Position numbers and translations under genes: made by a program. DNA of 58,426 nucleotides, the filler included, from Bipalium vagum (lineage: Eukaryota), in NCBI GenBank assembly GCA_037834085.1. It is 3 parts of 3 records of this genome, joined end to end, with 100 filler letters (N's around TTAATTAATTAA, not from the genome) between each part and the next. Parts side by side here need not be neighbours in the genome. Positions count along the whole stretch, not along the records: positions 1 to 19,595 come from JBBMKC010271487.1; positions 19,696 to 40,523 come from JBBMKC010246117.1; 1 more part is not named here. The stretch is one strand, 5' to 3'. The notes under the pieces were generated by a model. It had not been told where the DNA came from. It did not search any database and saw nothing but the letters and a program-made list of their open reading frames with translations. This document shows positions 12,107 to 23,419 of the stretch, piece by piece. Within the stretch, counting starts at the first letter, position 1, and every line of letters starts with the position of its first letter.

Positions 12107-12808
12107 ATTTATGTACACAGATTCTTGTTATCACAGCTGTAATACAAATTGCACTAAATGGTGGCTTATTGATCTGGATATTCTGCACGTTATTACTAAA
12201 GTGAAAATATACAGTCGAATAAATTTCGGTTTGGAATTTTAAGGAACCTAATTAAACTAATTTTATTTAGAATTTCGAACAAGCTTTTTATCATTTTATG
12301 CCAGCTATAACAGTGAACGGACATTTTCCCTAAATACATCAACATTTTGTTTAATCAATTATTTTCACGGACCTCCTTCAAAGGGAGAAGTGATCACACA
12401 GTTTAATTTTTCAAGACTTGTATCTTTTTATTAAGCTCTTCTTTAATTGACTTATATATGGTTCAGGTTGCCAGGACTTTGGTTTTATCCAAACCTTTTG
12501 CTGAAGACGCAATTAATTTGTGTGAATTTGATGTCTATGGATATCCCTTTCAAAAGCGTGTCACGTCAAATTGTAAGTAATCAATCAAAAGATTACATAT
12601 TTATTAATGTGGGTTTTTCCAAGTTTTTCAAGCCAATTACAATGAAGAATTAAACCTAATGACATATTTTCAAGAACTGAAAGACACGTCTCTCTTGGAA
12701 TGCGCAACCAAATGTAACGAAAATCAGTACTGTATTTCTTTTAGATCAAACAAGAGCTGTTTCCTCTTTAACAACACAGGAGGAAATTATCTTCTTGTAT
12801 TGGTCTGA
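11846..12808 (+). CDS. secreted F-type lectin (fucolectin domain) + C-terminal PAN/Apple-like domain; exons 11846-11894, 11935-12057, 12121-12228, 12271-12419, 12467-12572, 12624(or 12633)-12808 (about 239 aa)
   Basis: Five GT-AG introns of 40-63 bp give one continuous frame. Signal peptide MKIILLSLILQTFG; F-type lectin motifs LAVDGN..SCYHS..WWLIDL..ITKVKIYSR..R..INLCEFDVYG; then SLLECATKCNENQYCISF..KSCFLF (PAN/Apple Cys pattern) and TGA at 12806-12808. Confidence 0.85.
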
Positions 12809-15800
12809 CATTATTAGGACCACCTTGAAACTGGATTTATTTTAGTTAATTTAGGAAACCCCATTGCATTAAAAATTCTTGATATAATCGGAACACTGAT
12901 TTTATTGATTTTCCTCAATCCATGACATTATTATTAGTTAGAATTCATTTTCATTGTTTCGTCATGAATAAAGCATTGATGTCGTTGCTCTTATTTGTCT
13001 GTTCTGTTTGGGTTGTGCTCTACCCTTAATCATCTACATATTAAAATGATATTATCTTTGATATTCCTTATATTTTCTAGTAATTCTATTATTAAGAAGC
13101 AATTTAAGGTACTTTTTATTTTACGGATGTTACTATAACGAGGTTATATTTAATTCTTTCCCTAATCTTTTACTAACAAATTTCTAATTTACAACGCTTT
13201 TCTTCTCTGTTATTCCCCACATAAGCTTTATATGTGATGCTTGTTGGTCTTGGTGTCGATTCTTTAGTACAGTACGTTGTGCAATGTATTTGTATGAAAA
13301 GTTTAATTATAAAATAAAGCCTTTTCACAAAACATCTCCTTTTTCAATTATGAATAGTCAATTTGTGCAATGCATTTAATTTACTTTTTTCATTCATTTA
13401 TGAGAGGAGACAAAAATGATCACTATTTGAGTTAATACCTTCGAATACCAAGAATTACTTTCACTAAAGCAAATCATCTTCATTTTTTAAAGCAACCGGA
13501 TTCTCGTTGTACAAGTTCAACAATTACCTTTTCCAACCTATTTTGAAGGACAAATTAGAAATGAGACCCATAATATTTCGACTAGTGCAGAAGCACAAAA
13601 CGTATTTGATAAAACAGCAGCGTTTTCTTGTCACTCTTGAAATATTTTTATGGAGGATTCTTTTTTTGAAACATTACGAATGATGACACATGAGCATATC
13701 ATACTGATGGAATCTACAGTTCTCACCCTCAATGAATCACAACCAAATGAAAGAGAACCAGCACCCACGAGGCCCTGTTGAGGAGAAGTTTCAGTCAGCC
13801 AGATAGTTCCAATCGATCAGCCAGTTCAAATCCATGTGTGTTATTTTTTAAAAAACATTTTATTTGATTAAAACAAACAATTTTGTTATTTTATTGATAT
13901 TTAAAAGACATCTGAATTTGATAACATTTCTTTTTTGTGTTAGTATAATATAGAATAAGCAATAATAATAATTTCCTAGTTTTTTATTCTTTTTTAATTA
14001 TACAATAAAATGATATGAAAATAAAAGTAAAAGATCTCCAAAAAATTAGAATTGGTACCAAATTAAGATAAATTTCATTTAACATCATAAAATATTAATA
14101 AAGTAAAAATTTAATTAAAATAGTTTAAAAATTACGAAAAATAGACAATGTTACCAAAAATAAAAAGGAATTACTAAAAATAGAAAAACTAGATTAATAC
14201 TAAAACTCACTAAGTTATAAAGAACTTACTATAATTAGAAATTATTGACTTATTATAGTAATTATTGTTTAGAATTAATATAAAAATAGTAATTTTTATA
14301 AGAAACCAATCAGAGTGCTTAAAAGCGGAAAACACTACTATATAAACTCCTTTTATAGCAATAAGATAGTACAAAAAATTTGTCCAGAAATCAAATTCTA
14401 AGAACCACAAAGATAAACAATGGATAAAGTGATTTCCGTAAAAAGACGAATTAAGAAACAAGTAAAATTAATAACTTAATTAATTTAAATTCGATAATTG
14501 CAAAATTGGTTTACATTTACGAATCTCTTTTTTCTTTTTAAAAACTTTTTTCAAGTATTACTACTCTACTAACCTCTAGGGCTTCGAGTACGGTTTTTAT
14601 AACACATGACCTCTTTGATTTTTCCTAATCAAGAGCATATAAATATAATTAATTCAATCGACTGTAAAAATGAGATTAAGTTGTAAAATTTTGTGCGTAC
14701 ATATTTGAAAAGTCAATTGTTTTTTTAGTTATTTTCATTTTTTTCTTATTATTTACATTTCTTTCATATAAGTTTGTTAGCCTAACAGAAAACTTTTATA
14801 AAAAGCAATAAATTGACTTCGAAAGATGTTCAATCCCAACAATAACATGATGAAAACAGTAAGGAAACATTTGAATGATAAGCAAGAACTGAAGCAGAAC
14901 TAAAAGTAGATCCACAAATTCATTGCAAAATCTAAACCATGTCAGACGTTTATGTGATAACCTTGGTTTAGCTCATTACAAATAACTTCCTGACGCTCAA
15001 AAATTAAATAAGAAATACAATTTTTAAGTCATACATTATTTGAGAGAATCATTTCGTAACATTTTATTTATTTTACACCACTATATTACAGCAATTTGCA
15101 TTTATTATTTTTCGATTTTTTGACAATCATCAATTCAGAAGCATTTTTAATATTATTATTTATTACAGTACCTGCCCATCGAAATAGACTCAAGTATTAT
15201 TTTACAAATAATTGTACTTCACTGAACTAATTTGACTGTAATTCTACCTGTTATATTTTTAATGTTATATGTATAATATTTTTTAGTGTTTTCAGTTTAA
15301 TAAATCATTAATTTTGTATTTGATAATGAATTACATAACAAAACCATTTTAAATTGAATTTACGAATAAAAAAACAATATTTTTTCAATGACCATGTACT
15401 ATACTATTGTTATTTTTAAATTTCATCTTATTAATTAAAAATTATGTATGAAGTCACAATTTAGGGTCAAGTTGTTTAAATACTTAATTTTTACTATATT
15501 TTTACTAACAAGGTTATTTTAGTATACTTGTATTATGTTTTACACTAGTCATTTTAAAATTTTTGTGAGTGCAGACTATTAAAAATAATGTTTCAGGTTA
15601 ACACAGAAATTTATTTCATTGATAAAAATTTATAAATGAAATAAATAATTAATTGATATATTTAAACAACTTCACCTTAAATTATGGCTTCCCACCTAAG
15701 ATTTATTCTAAGTTACAAATGTGAATTTATAATGCATTTTCTTATGACATTTATTTTAATGTAATAATTCTCTGGAAAATAATTTTTACCAACATTTCTA

Positions 15801-16246
15801 AATCATATTTTCATACTTTATTCATAGGCTTTTTACTGTATTATTATTTTATTTTGTGAATTTTTCTTTTTTTTAAAATTTATCGAAATCTTTTCGTTAT
15901 TTTAAACATTTCAGTATTTATATAACCTATTTTATCAATTTATTGAAATTTTTTTAAAAAAATTTTAGCTTATTAAAAATTATTTGAAAAGTTTAAAATT
16001 AGTTTTAACTTATTAATCAAACTGATTTTTTGTGATCAAAAGTAAAGAGAAAAACATTTTATATCAAGTTCTTTCAAAAATAGATATTAATTTAAAATTT
16101 TATGAAAATAACATTTGTTTAAATGTATCAATTGATAAAGTCATTACATTGTCAGTGTCTCGACTTTTTAAAATATCCATTAAACTTTTTATCCTGACAA
16201 TTTTATTTGCCAGTAAAATCCGTTTCAGAGCCATTCATATTTCTTT

Positions 16247-18170
16247 ATGATTCGGAAAATGTACAAAAAAATTGTGACAATTATCGTTTTGGCTTGTATC
16301 ACTGTCTCGATTTTTTTTTATCTTTTATTTCCCCGCACGTTCCATTTAATCTACACTATGAAAACCACCGCGAAACTTGAAGAAATCAAGTCCCATTATG
16401 GAGTCATCATAGATGCCGGTTGGATTGTAATGTCACGCCTGCTTTAACTTACAATCGTCGCTTTTCATTTAGGCAGCAGTGGTAGTCGATTGTTCATCTA
16501 TACGTGGTCACCTCACAGCGGTAATTCGGACGAATTACTGAAAATAAGACCTCTTTTAGACAGTAAAGGGTTGCCGATAATGATGAAAGTGAATCCCGGT
16601 TTGTCAGCAATGGCAGACCACCCAATTAAAGTCATCTCATATATCAGGCCTTTATTGGACCTGGCCGCGAAAAGCATTCCGAAATCCCAGCACAAAGAAA
16701 CGCCTTTTTATCTGATGGCAACAGCGGGCATGAGAATGATAAGCGTAGAGTGAGTGGTTGATTTTTTTTTAATGTTTATTATTGAAGGAAATTTTAAGAA
16801 ATCTTTATAATAGTTAATAAAGTAATTATTGATGTTTTCATAAATGTTTATTTATTGACTTACAATTGATTATTTTTAAAAGTATTAATTTATTATAATT
16901 TCATTGATTATTATTAATTAATTATTAGTTAATTTAATTTTTACCGACTGTTAATATGCATTAATTTTTTAAGTGATTAATTTTTGTAATTTTATTTGAT
17001 AATTAAATAATATTTTGAAATAAAATTAAATAATTTTCTTGAATATTTTGGTATACATTAGTTTTCATTTTATTTATTGATTTTTAGTATTTTAATAAAT
17101 TTATTAGAATAATAAATTTATTTTTATTTAGTATAATTAGTGATTCTACTAACTTTTTTTTTAAAATCAATATTGATTATTTAATAATTTAATAAATTTA
17201 TATACATATTAATAATATCATTATAGATTTTTATTATATATTTATTATTGATTTATATTTGTGAATTATTTTAACTTTTTAAACAATTTTCTTTATATTT
17301 TATTAATTTAATTTTTCTCAATTATTATACTTGATTTCTCTATTAATTATTTTTGATTATTATCATAAAATTTATATATATATTTTTAATTGTATTTTGA
17401 ATTTTATATTATATTTTTATTATTGATTATTATTATTTTAATTTATACTTTTATTTATTGGTTTTATCATATTTTTATTATATATATTTTTTGTTATTTT
17501 AATTATTATTATTTTTTAATAAATATATTGTTACTTCCCTTTATTAAAGTTTAATGATGATTATGATTATTAAATTTTTATTCCATTTAATCAATAAAAG
17601 TATTCCTATTTTATTATCATCAATTATTGACGTACGTGATTTTTTGTTTGAAGAGCTCAGAACGCAATTCTGGAAAACGTTCGAGGGCTCATTCGAAAGG
17701 AGTACAACTTCCTCTTCGCCGACTCTCACGTGAAAGTTATCACCGGCCAAGAGGAGGGCATTTTCGGCTGGATTACCACCAATTATTTGCTGGGACGTTT
17801 CAATCATAACCATTCTGACGGGGTGCCAATCATCCCCGTTCTCTACGGTGACTCCGCCTTCAGATCAAGTAGAAACGTTATTTATTACCAAAATTATTAT
17901 TCTTATTCTTAAAGATTAATACTAATATTATCATTACTTTCAAACTTTTAGGTCAAAGGCATTTTAAAAATCTTATTTCATTTTGTTTATATTTTAACAG
18001 TAAATCAATTAAATGTTTCTATTATCAAGCAATTGTAAACAATCAGATCAATAACCATGTCTACACATATCATTTCTTCTTTAAAATATCGGAATGAAAT
18101 CTTCAATTTGTTCTTAATTAGCTCTTGGAATTTTTTAATTTTTAGATATTTTAATTATTTTTAATTTATT

Positions 18171-18201
<31 letters not shown>

Positions 18202-19445
18202 TATTTCAATTTTATTTTTATTTCTTTTGTATTATTATCTTTATTTTATAATTATTTTATTTTTAAATTTTTTTTATTTTAATAAAATTTTTTGTTTCTT
18301 CATTTTAAAATTTTTTTTAATATTTAATTTTTATTAATGTTTAATTTTTTCAAATCTTTATTTTATCTTTATTCTTTTTCAGATTTATTTTTATTAATTT
18401 TTAAGTGTTTAATTTTTTTATTTGGCCTAATAATTTTTTGTTTATTCATATCATTATTGTATTTTTGTTATTTTTTTAAAAATACTTTTCTGTTTCCATG
18501 TTTTAATTTTTATATTTCTTAATTTTTAAACGTTTCGAAGTTTTATTTATATTTTAGTATAATTATTTTTTTAATAACAATAACAAAATAAAAAATAATT
18601 ATAATCAAAATTTTTATTTTTGAATAATTTGTTATGAATTTTTATCTTTTTAAAATATATTTTTTTAAATTATTATTTTTTTTTCTGAATACTTTTTTAA
18701 ATAAAGTTCATCATGTTTATGATTTTTAAAATTTTTAAACTTTTTATTTATATTTTTTTAATGTTTTCAACTTTTTTTTTATATTAATTTAATTTTTTCA
18801 GATTCACTTTTAATTTTCATCATTTTTTCATGAAAAAAATTTTTTTATAGTATTAATATTTCTTTTTATTTATATTATTTTTCCTTTCACTTATTTTTTT
18901 TTCATATTATTTATTTATATTTTTATTATGTTAAAATATATTTAATCTTCTTAATTAAAATTAAAATACTCTTCTTTTTATATTTTTATTTCAGTTCTAA
19001 ATGATTTTTAATAATATTTTTTGATTTTAATACTTTTTTATATAAATTTTTTATTTTTTCTTTTCTTTTCAGTTTCCTTTTATTTTTACTATTTTTTAAA
19101 AATATTTATTTTTAACTTTGATTTTTTCCCCCATAAAACCAAAAGAAAAAGCGGAACGCAGATGACTACAATGCTATTGTGATTTATTTTATTATTTTAT
19201 GTTGAACGACGAAACCCTATTTCAATGGTTGTAGAACAAATTCACCATCGCAAGCGGACCGTCGGCGTTATCGACCTGGGTGGTGGAAGCATGCAGATCG
19301 CGTACGAGTTGGATCAAAAGTCTGGTGACAACTCCCATTCCGCCCTCACGTTCAATTTGGGCTGCAAGGAGAACGATTTCGAACACACTTACAAAGTTTT
19401 CGTAACGACCTTCTTGGGGTTCGGCGCAAACTCTGCCAGAACAAG
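16247..19445 (+). CDS. ENTPD4: ENTPD4/ENTPD7-type apyrase (GDA1/CD39 family), 5' part; exons 16247-16418, 16473-16749, 17654-17847(or 17868), 19235-19445; 3' exons lost at the contig end
   Basis: N-terminal TM helix; ACR1 YGVIIDAG|SSGSR; ACR2 YLMATAGMR; ACR3 VITGQEEGIFGW..NYLLGRF; ACR4 RKRTVGVIDLGGGSMQIAYE; and FNLGC..EHTYKVFVTTFLGFGANSAR, typical of animal ENTPD4/7. GT-AG junctions are phase-consistent. ENTPD4 versus ENTPD7 cannot be resolved. Confidence 0.9.
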
Positions 19446-19539
19446 GTTCGGGTTCTAATTCGTCTCCTTTATTCTTTTTATCTGATATCAGATAATTCCA
19501 TTGGAAATAACATTAATTTATTCTATTTCATTACTTTCT

Positions 19540-19544
19540 TATTA

Positions 19545-19595
<51 letters not shown>
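19540..19595. repeat. (TTA)n microsatellite at a contig end
   Basis: TTA run running into the N spacer. Confidence 0.95.
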
Positions 19596-19695
19596 NNNNN
19601 NNNNNNNNNNNNNNNNNNNNNNNNNNNNNNNNNNNNNNNTTAATTAATTAANNNNNNNNNNNNNNNNNNNNNNNNNNNNNNNNNNNNNNNNNNNN
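19596..19695. other. artificial contig spacer (44N-TTAATTAATTAA-44N)
   Basis: Exactly 100 bp; the 12-mer gives stops in all six frames; an identical spacer lies at 40524-40623. Confidence 0.95.
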
Positions 19696-19739
19696 TATTC
19701 AATATTAAGACTTGTTCATTTAATAAATTTCGCTGTTTA

Positions 19740-20500
19740 AAATAATCTTTTCAATTAAAATTAGTATTTTTTTAGGGGGTGAACAGACTTTTTACGCGCA
19801 AGTATATAATATGGGACAATTCTGTGGATATTGACAAAGAATGCTTCGAGTTATATGCCTTCAATCGTGAAAAATATCTTGATAATAGTTTTAAGAAAAT
19901 ACTCATAGTAAATAAGTCTTATTTCCTGAAGATAACTATTAATATAACACCTTTTCTATAATTAAAGCCCTTCCTATATTAGAAGCCAGTGTGGCTTCTA
20001 TTTCATCCATCCCCTAATACAAGCCCAGGGCTTAATTATAAAAAAGACAATAGTAATTTTCTCCAAACCAAATTCTGAAATAGTTTTAACGGTCTGATCG
20101 ACATTTTGAGGACTTTAATAGATCAAGAAATCCAACGATCTTCTAAGAACCACACTAAAGGTTATGTGTATCAAATTGAATTCACCATGAGTTCTGCCAT
20201 CTTTTACGAATTGATTTGTAATGAATTTTTGCCTGCAGTTTCAAACAAGATACATTAGTTCATAAACGTATTCATTCTAATTTAGAATGCTCGTTCACAT
20301 CTTAGTAAAAACAATGTTCAAGATTTAAATTACTGGGGATATTTCAATAATCACTGCTACCAATCAGCTGGCTTAATCTCTAGAATTAAAAGTAATTAAT
20401 ATCGAATTTTTTATTCTTAAGTAAACTATTTTCAACAACCTGGATGAATTGTGAGCAGTGATCTAAGCCAAATTTTGGTCTACCAAAGAAGCACAAAATC
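19740..20500 (+). mobile_element. decayed second copy of the DD39D/DD40D-like family seen at 26273-27550
   Basis: WDNSVDIDKECFELYAFNREKY versus WKSHVDIDEKWFELYPFYRDRY; NARSHLSKNNV versus NARSQIGKNNV; FNNLDEL*..KFWS versus KNVDELW..NFWS. Confidence 0.7.
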
Positions 20501-23419
20501 TTGAACTGTCAACCAGATTTAAATTTCCAGAAGTAAATATTAAGCATGAACGACTTCTATTAATTTTGTCGTTACTGATATATTTGAAAAAAAAATTAGT
20601 GGCTTAGACTTACAAGATTTTGTTAATTTTAAAAGATGGTTTTAGTATAAATGAAAGCAACAAAAGGATTTTGTGTCAGTTTCTGATGGGATTACAAAAG
20701 ACAACTATTAACAAAAAATTAATAAAAATTACAAGTGTGTCTGAGCATATTTCAAATATATTTGATAAAGAAAAAATGTGCTATTTTTATCAGAATATTT
20801 GAATATGTAAAATGTGCATTATAAAAAATATGTGAACAAGCGATTCATACAATATTTTCACTACTGAAAACAAATTAAGATAAAATATTTCTTTTGCATC
20901 TTGTTTTTATACTTAAAAAGCCCAAAAAATAATGTACAATGTCTGAAAATTTGTGATTTAATTTGTCTTTATTAATTTTTTATATTTCATTTATTAATAA
21001 TTTACTTAGTAAACAAAAGCACTGTTTTATTTGTTATAGGTTCTAATTATTTTTTGTTGGGTTTACCTAAAACACCAACCCGTCGTTTAAATGAAAATTG
21101 TAAAAGTGTGATTAAAATAATAAGAATAATTATGAAATTGTGCCCAGAAGGACAAAAATAATAATTTTAGTCAATTAAAAAGAAAAGAAGGCAATAAATT
21201 ATTTTTTTAGGATCTAATCTTGACAATGGCGAACCTAAATTGAAGATTAGATCAGGGTCCGCAAGGAGGGACCGATTTAGGATTAATGATCCTAAAAGGG
21301 AATTGACATTTCCCATTAATAACATTGGTCTACGATTGATTAAGATTTCTCCATAATTTCGCCTTTGACTGGAAACAGTTATTTCGATTGTTGAAGACTC
21401 AATTATTGAAGACTTAATTTTTGAAGCAGACTTTATCGTTAAAGTGGGAAGAAGATTTGGTTATTTTAGAAAAGCAGATTTGAAACACAAGTTAATAAAA
21501 TGACCTTGTTCCTGGGATCGTGTTTGAGTTCCCCACCAGAGGGCTATTTCTGAGCAAATGTAAAGGCTCAGCTAATAGTCTGGGAAGCTTAAATGAAGAT
21601 AATTCGTAAGCGTATTCCATTTTTTTATTATCATTTAAATCTTATTTTTGGTTAAAACTTAATAATTTGATTATTTTATTTCATTTTAACTATTGATTAA
21701 CTTTGAGTATTTATTTGTGTTTCTTAACTCGAATTATATTAACCATTGTGTTTGATTGATTATTAAAGACAATTGCAGACATTTCAGATCTTATTGTGAT
21801 CCCTTTCTCTTAAGTTTGACGATTTTGTGTTATTGTTACCATTGTGTGAAGTTTGTTATAAATAAAAGTTATTATATATAAAAAGTTATTACTTTACTGA
21901 TTGTTATTATTTTTGCACCAGATAACGGTTGGAGTCAGGTTTAATTTTGATACACTAGTTAATGAACATTTTCTTAAATAATAAATTATACAAATGAACA
22001 AGTGATATAATTTCTCAAAATAAAAATCTTTTATCAGCTAAGATGTAACATTTTTATAACCATATTCTCTTTTTTTGATCCTGTGCTGAGATTTCAGATC
22101 AATACTTTTCGCGTGATAGGCACCTTTTTTAGTTTGTAGTTGAATTTCCTACACATTATTCGTTTATATTTTTTATTTTCAATTAATTTGATGATTGGTA
22201 AACATTTCTATATTTTGTGCTAAAATTTTATAATGTATATATACTAAATCCTGATAAAAGTAAAATCCCCTTCCAAGGATATCATTAATCAGATATTGCA
22301 GAATTTTAAAAATGCAAATAACTTTGTCTGATCAAACAACCAATAGAATTAGGTTGAAAACAAAGTATATAAACTATTGGTTTTCAAATCAATTCTTCCA
22401 TAAAACTAGAGCATAGCAATAGCCCGGTAAAATCTCAACATAAAACTTCGACATTAATATTTTTCGACTACTGACAACAATAAGTTGATTAAGCTTTACA
22501 AATAAAGTTTAATCAATTAAAATTTTAAAATCATTTTACTTCGAGACTTATACAATCAAATCATAAAATCATACCATCTTTACCTTTTTATGCAGGCGTT
22601 TCGTATAAATTGGAATTCAAGATTGTTTTTATTCTGAGAACCCTTTAAAAAGACAAGAAAAAATTCTCAGTATTTAATTGTATTCTTCATATTTTGTCCA
22701 TAGTCAATACGTAATAAAATTTCGTTATTCACTCTTTCTAAATATTACTATTTTTTAAGTCTTCAGACCTAGAGCTACAGAAATCTAACCCAGCAAAGAT
22801 GAAACTGCACTCCGAATAGACTATTAGTTAAATACTTTAGAATTTTAAGTGTCCCCCACTGAATAACTTTCTGTGACCAAATTACAGGTTTTAATGCCTT
22901 TTGCTTTTTGTTACTCACAGCAAGCCTATCTCACAAATGCCTAAGACCGTTTACATTTTGTAGTATGATTTTATCTCATCATTATAATTGTAACGGAAAT
23001 ACACACCGGGTACTTCTACCTATTACATCCCTCCATCATAAATATCAACCTAATCCTCTTAATGGTGGATTGTTTTTAGACGATTTCTTTACGCGAACAA
23101 AGAAACATCCAATAATAGCAATTAATCAAAAGATGCAAACCATAATTTCAGATTTTTGTCGTCGATGTTTCCCAATCATCGAATAGTAAAATTAACGAAA
23201 GATGTTAGTTTGCCTACGAAAATCTTGATCAACTTGGTAAATAGACATATGGAGAATTTGTGCAATCATTCAATTGGTTCTAGGACCTTAAATTGGACCA
23301 AATAAATAAATAAATAGGCAAAGAGATGGAATTTTATCAAAATTACTCAAAAGGAAAAGAATAAGACAAAAGCCAAACATTTTTGATAAAAAATAATAAT
23401 CACATAATTTCATAATAAT

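Noticed and set aside
19640-19651. TTAATTAATTAA as a biological motif such as a piggyBac site or elimination signal
   Set aside because: It is centred in exactly 44+44 Ns twice, so it is a synthetic linker.
20600-20880. Cys-containing segment resembling a piggyBac C-terminal domain
   Set aside because: Too decayed; no catalytic motif or matching TTAA-flanked terminus.
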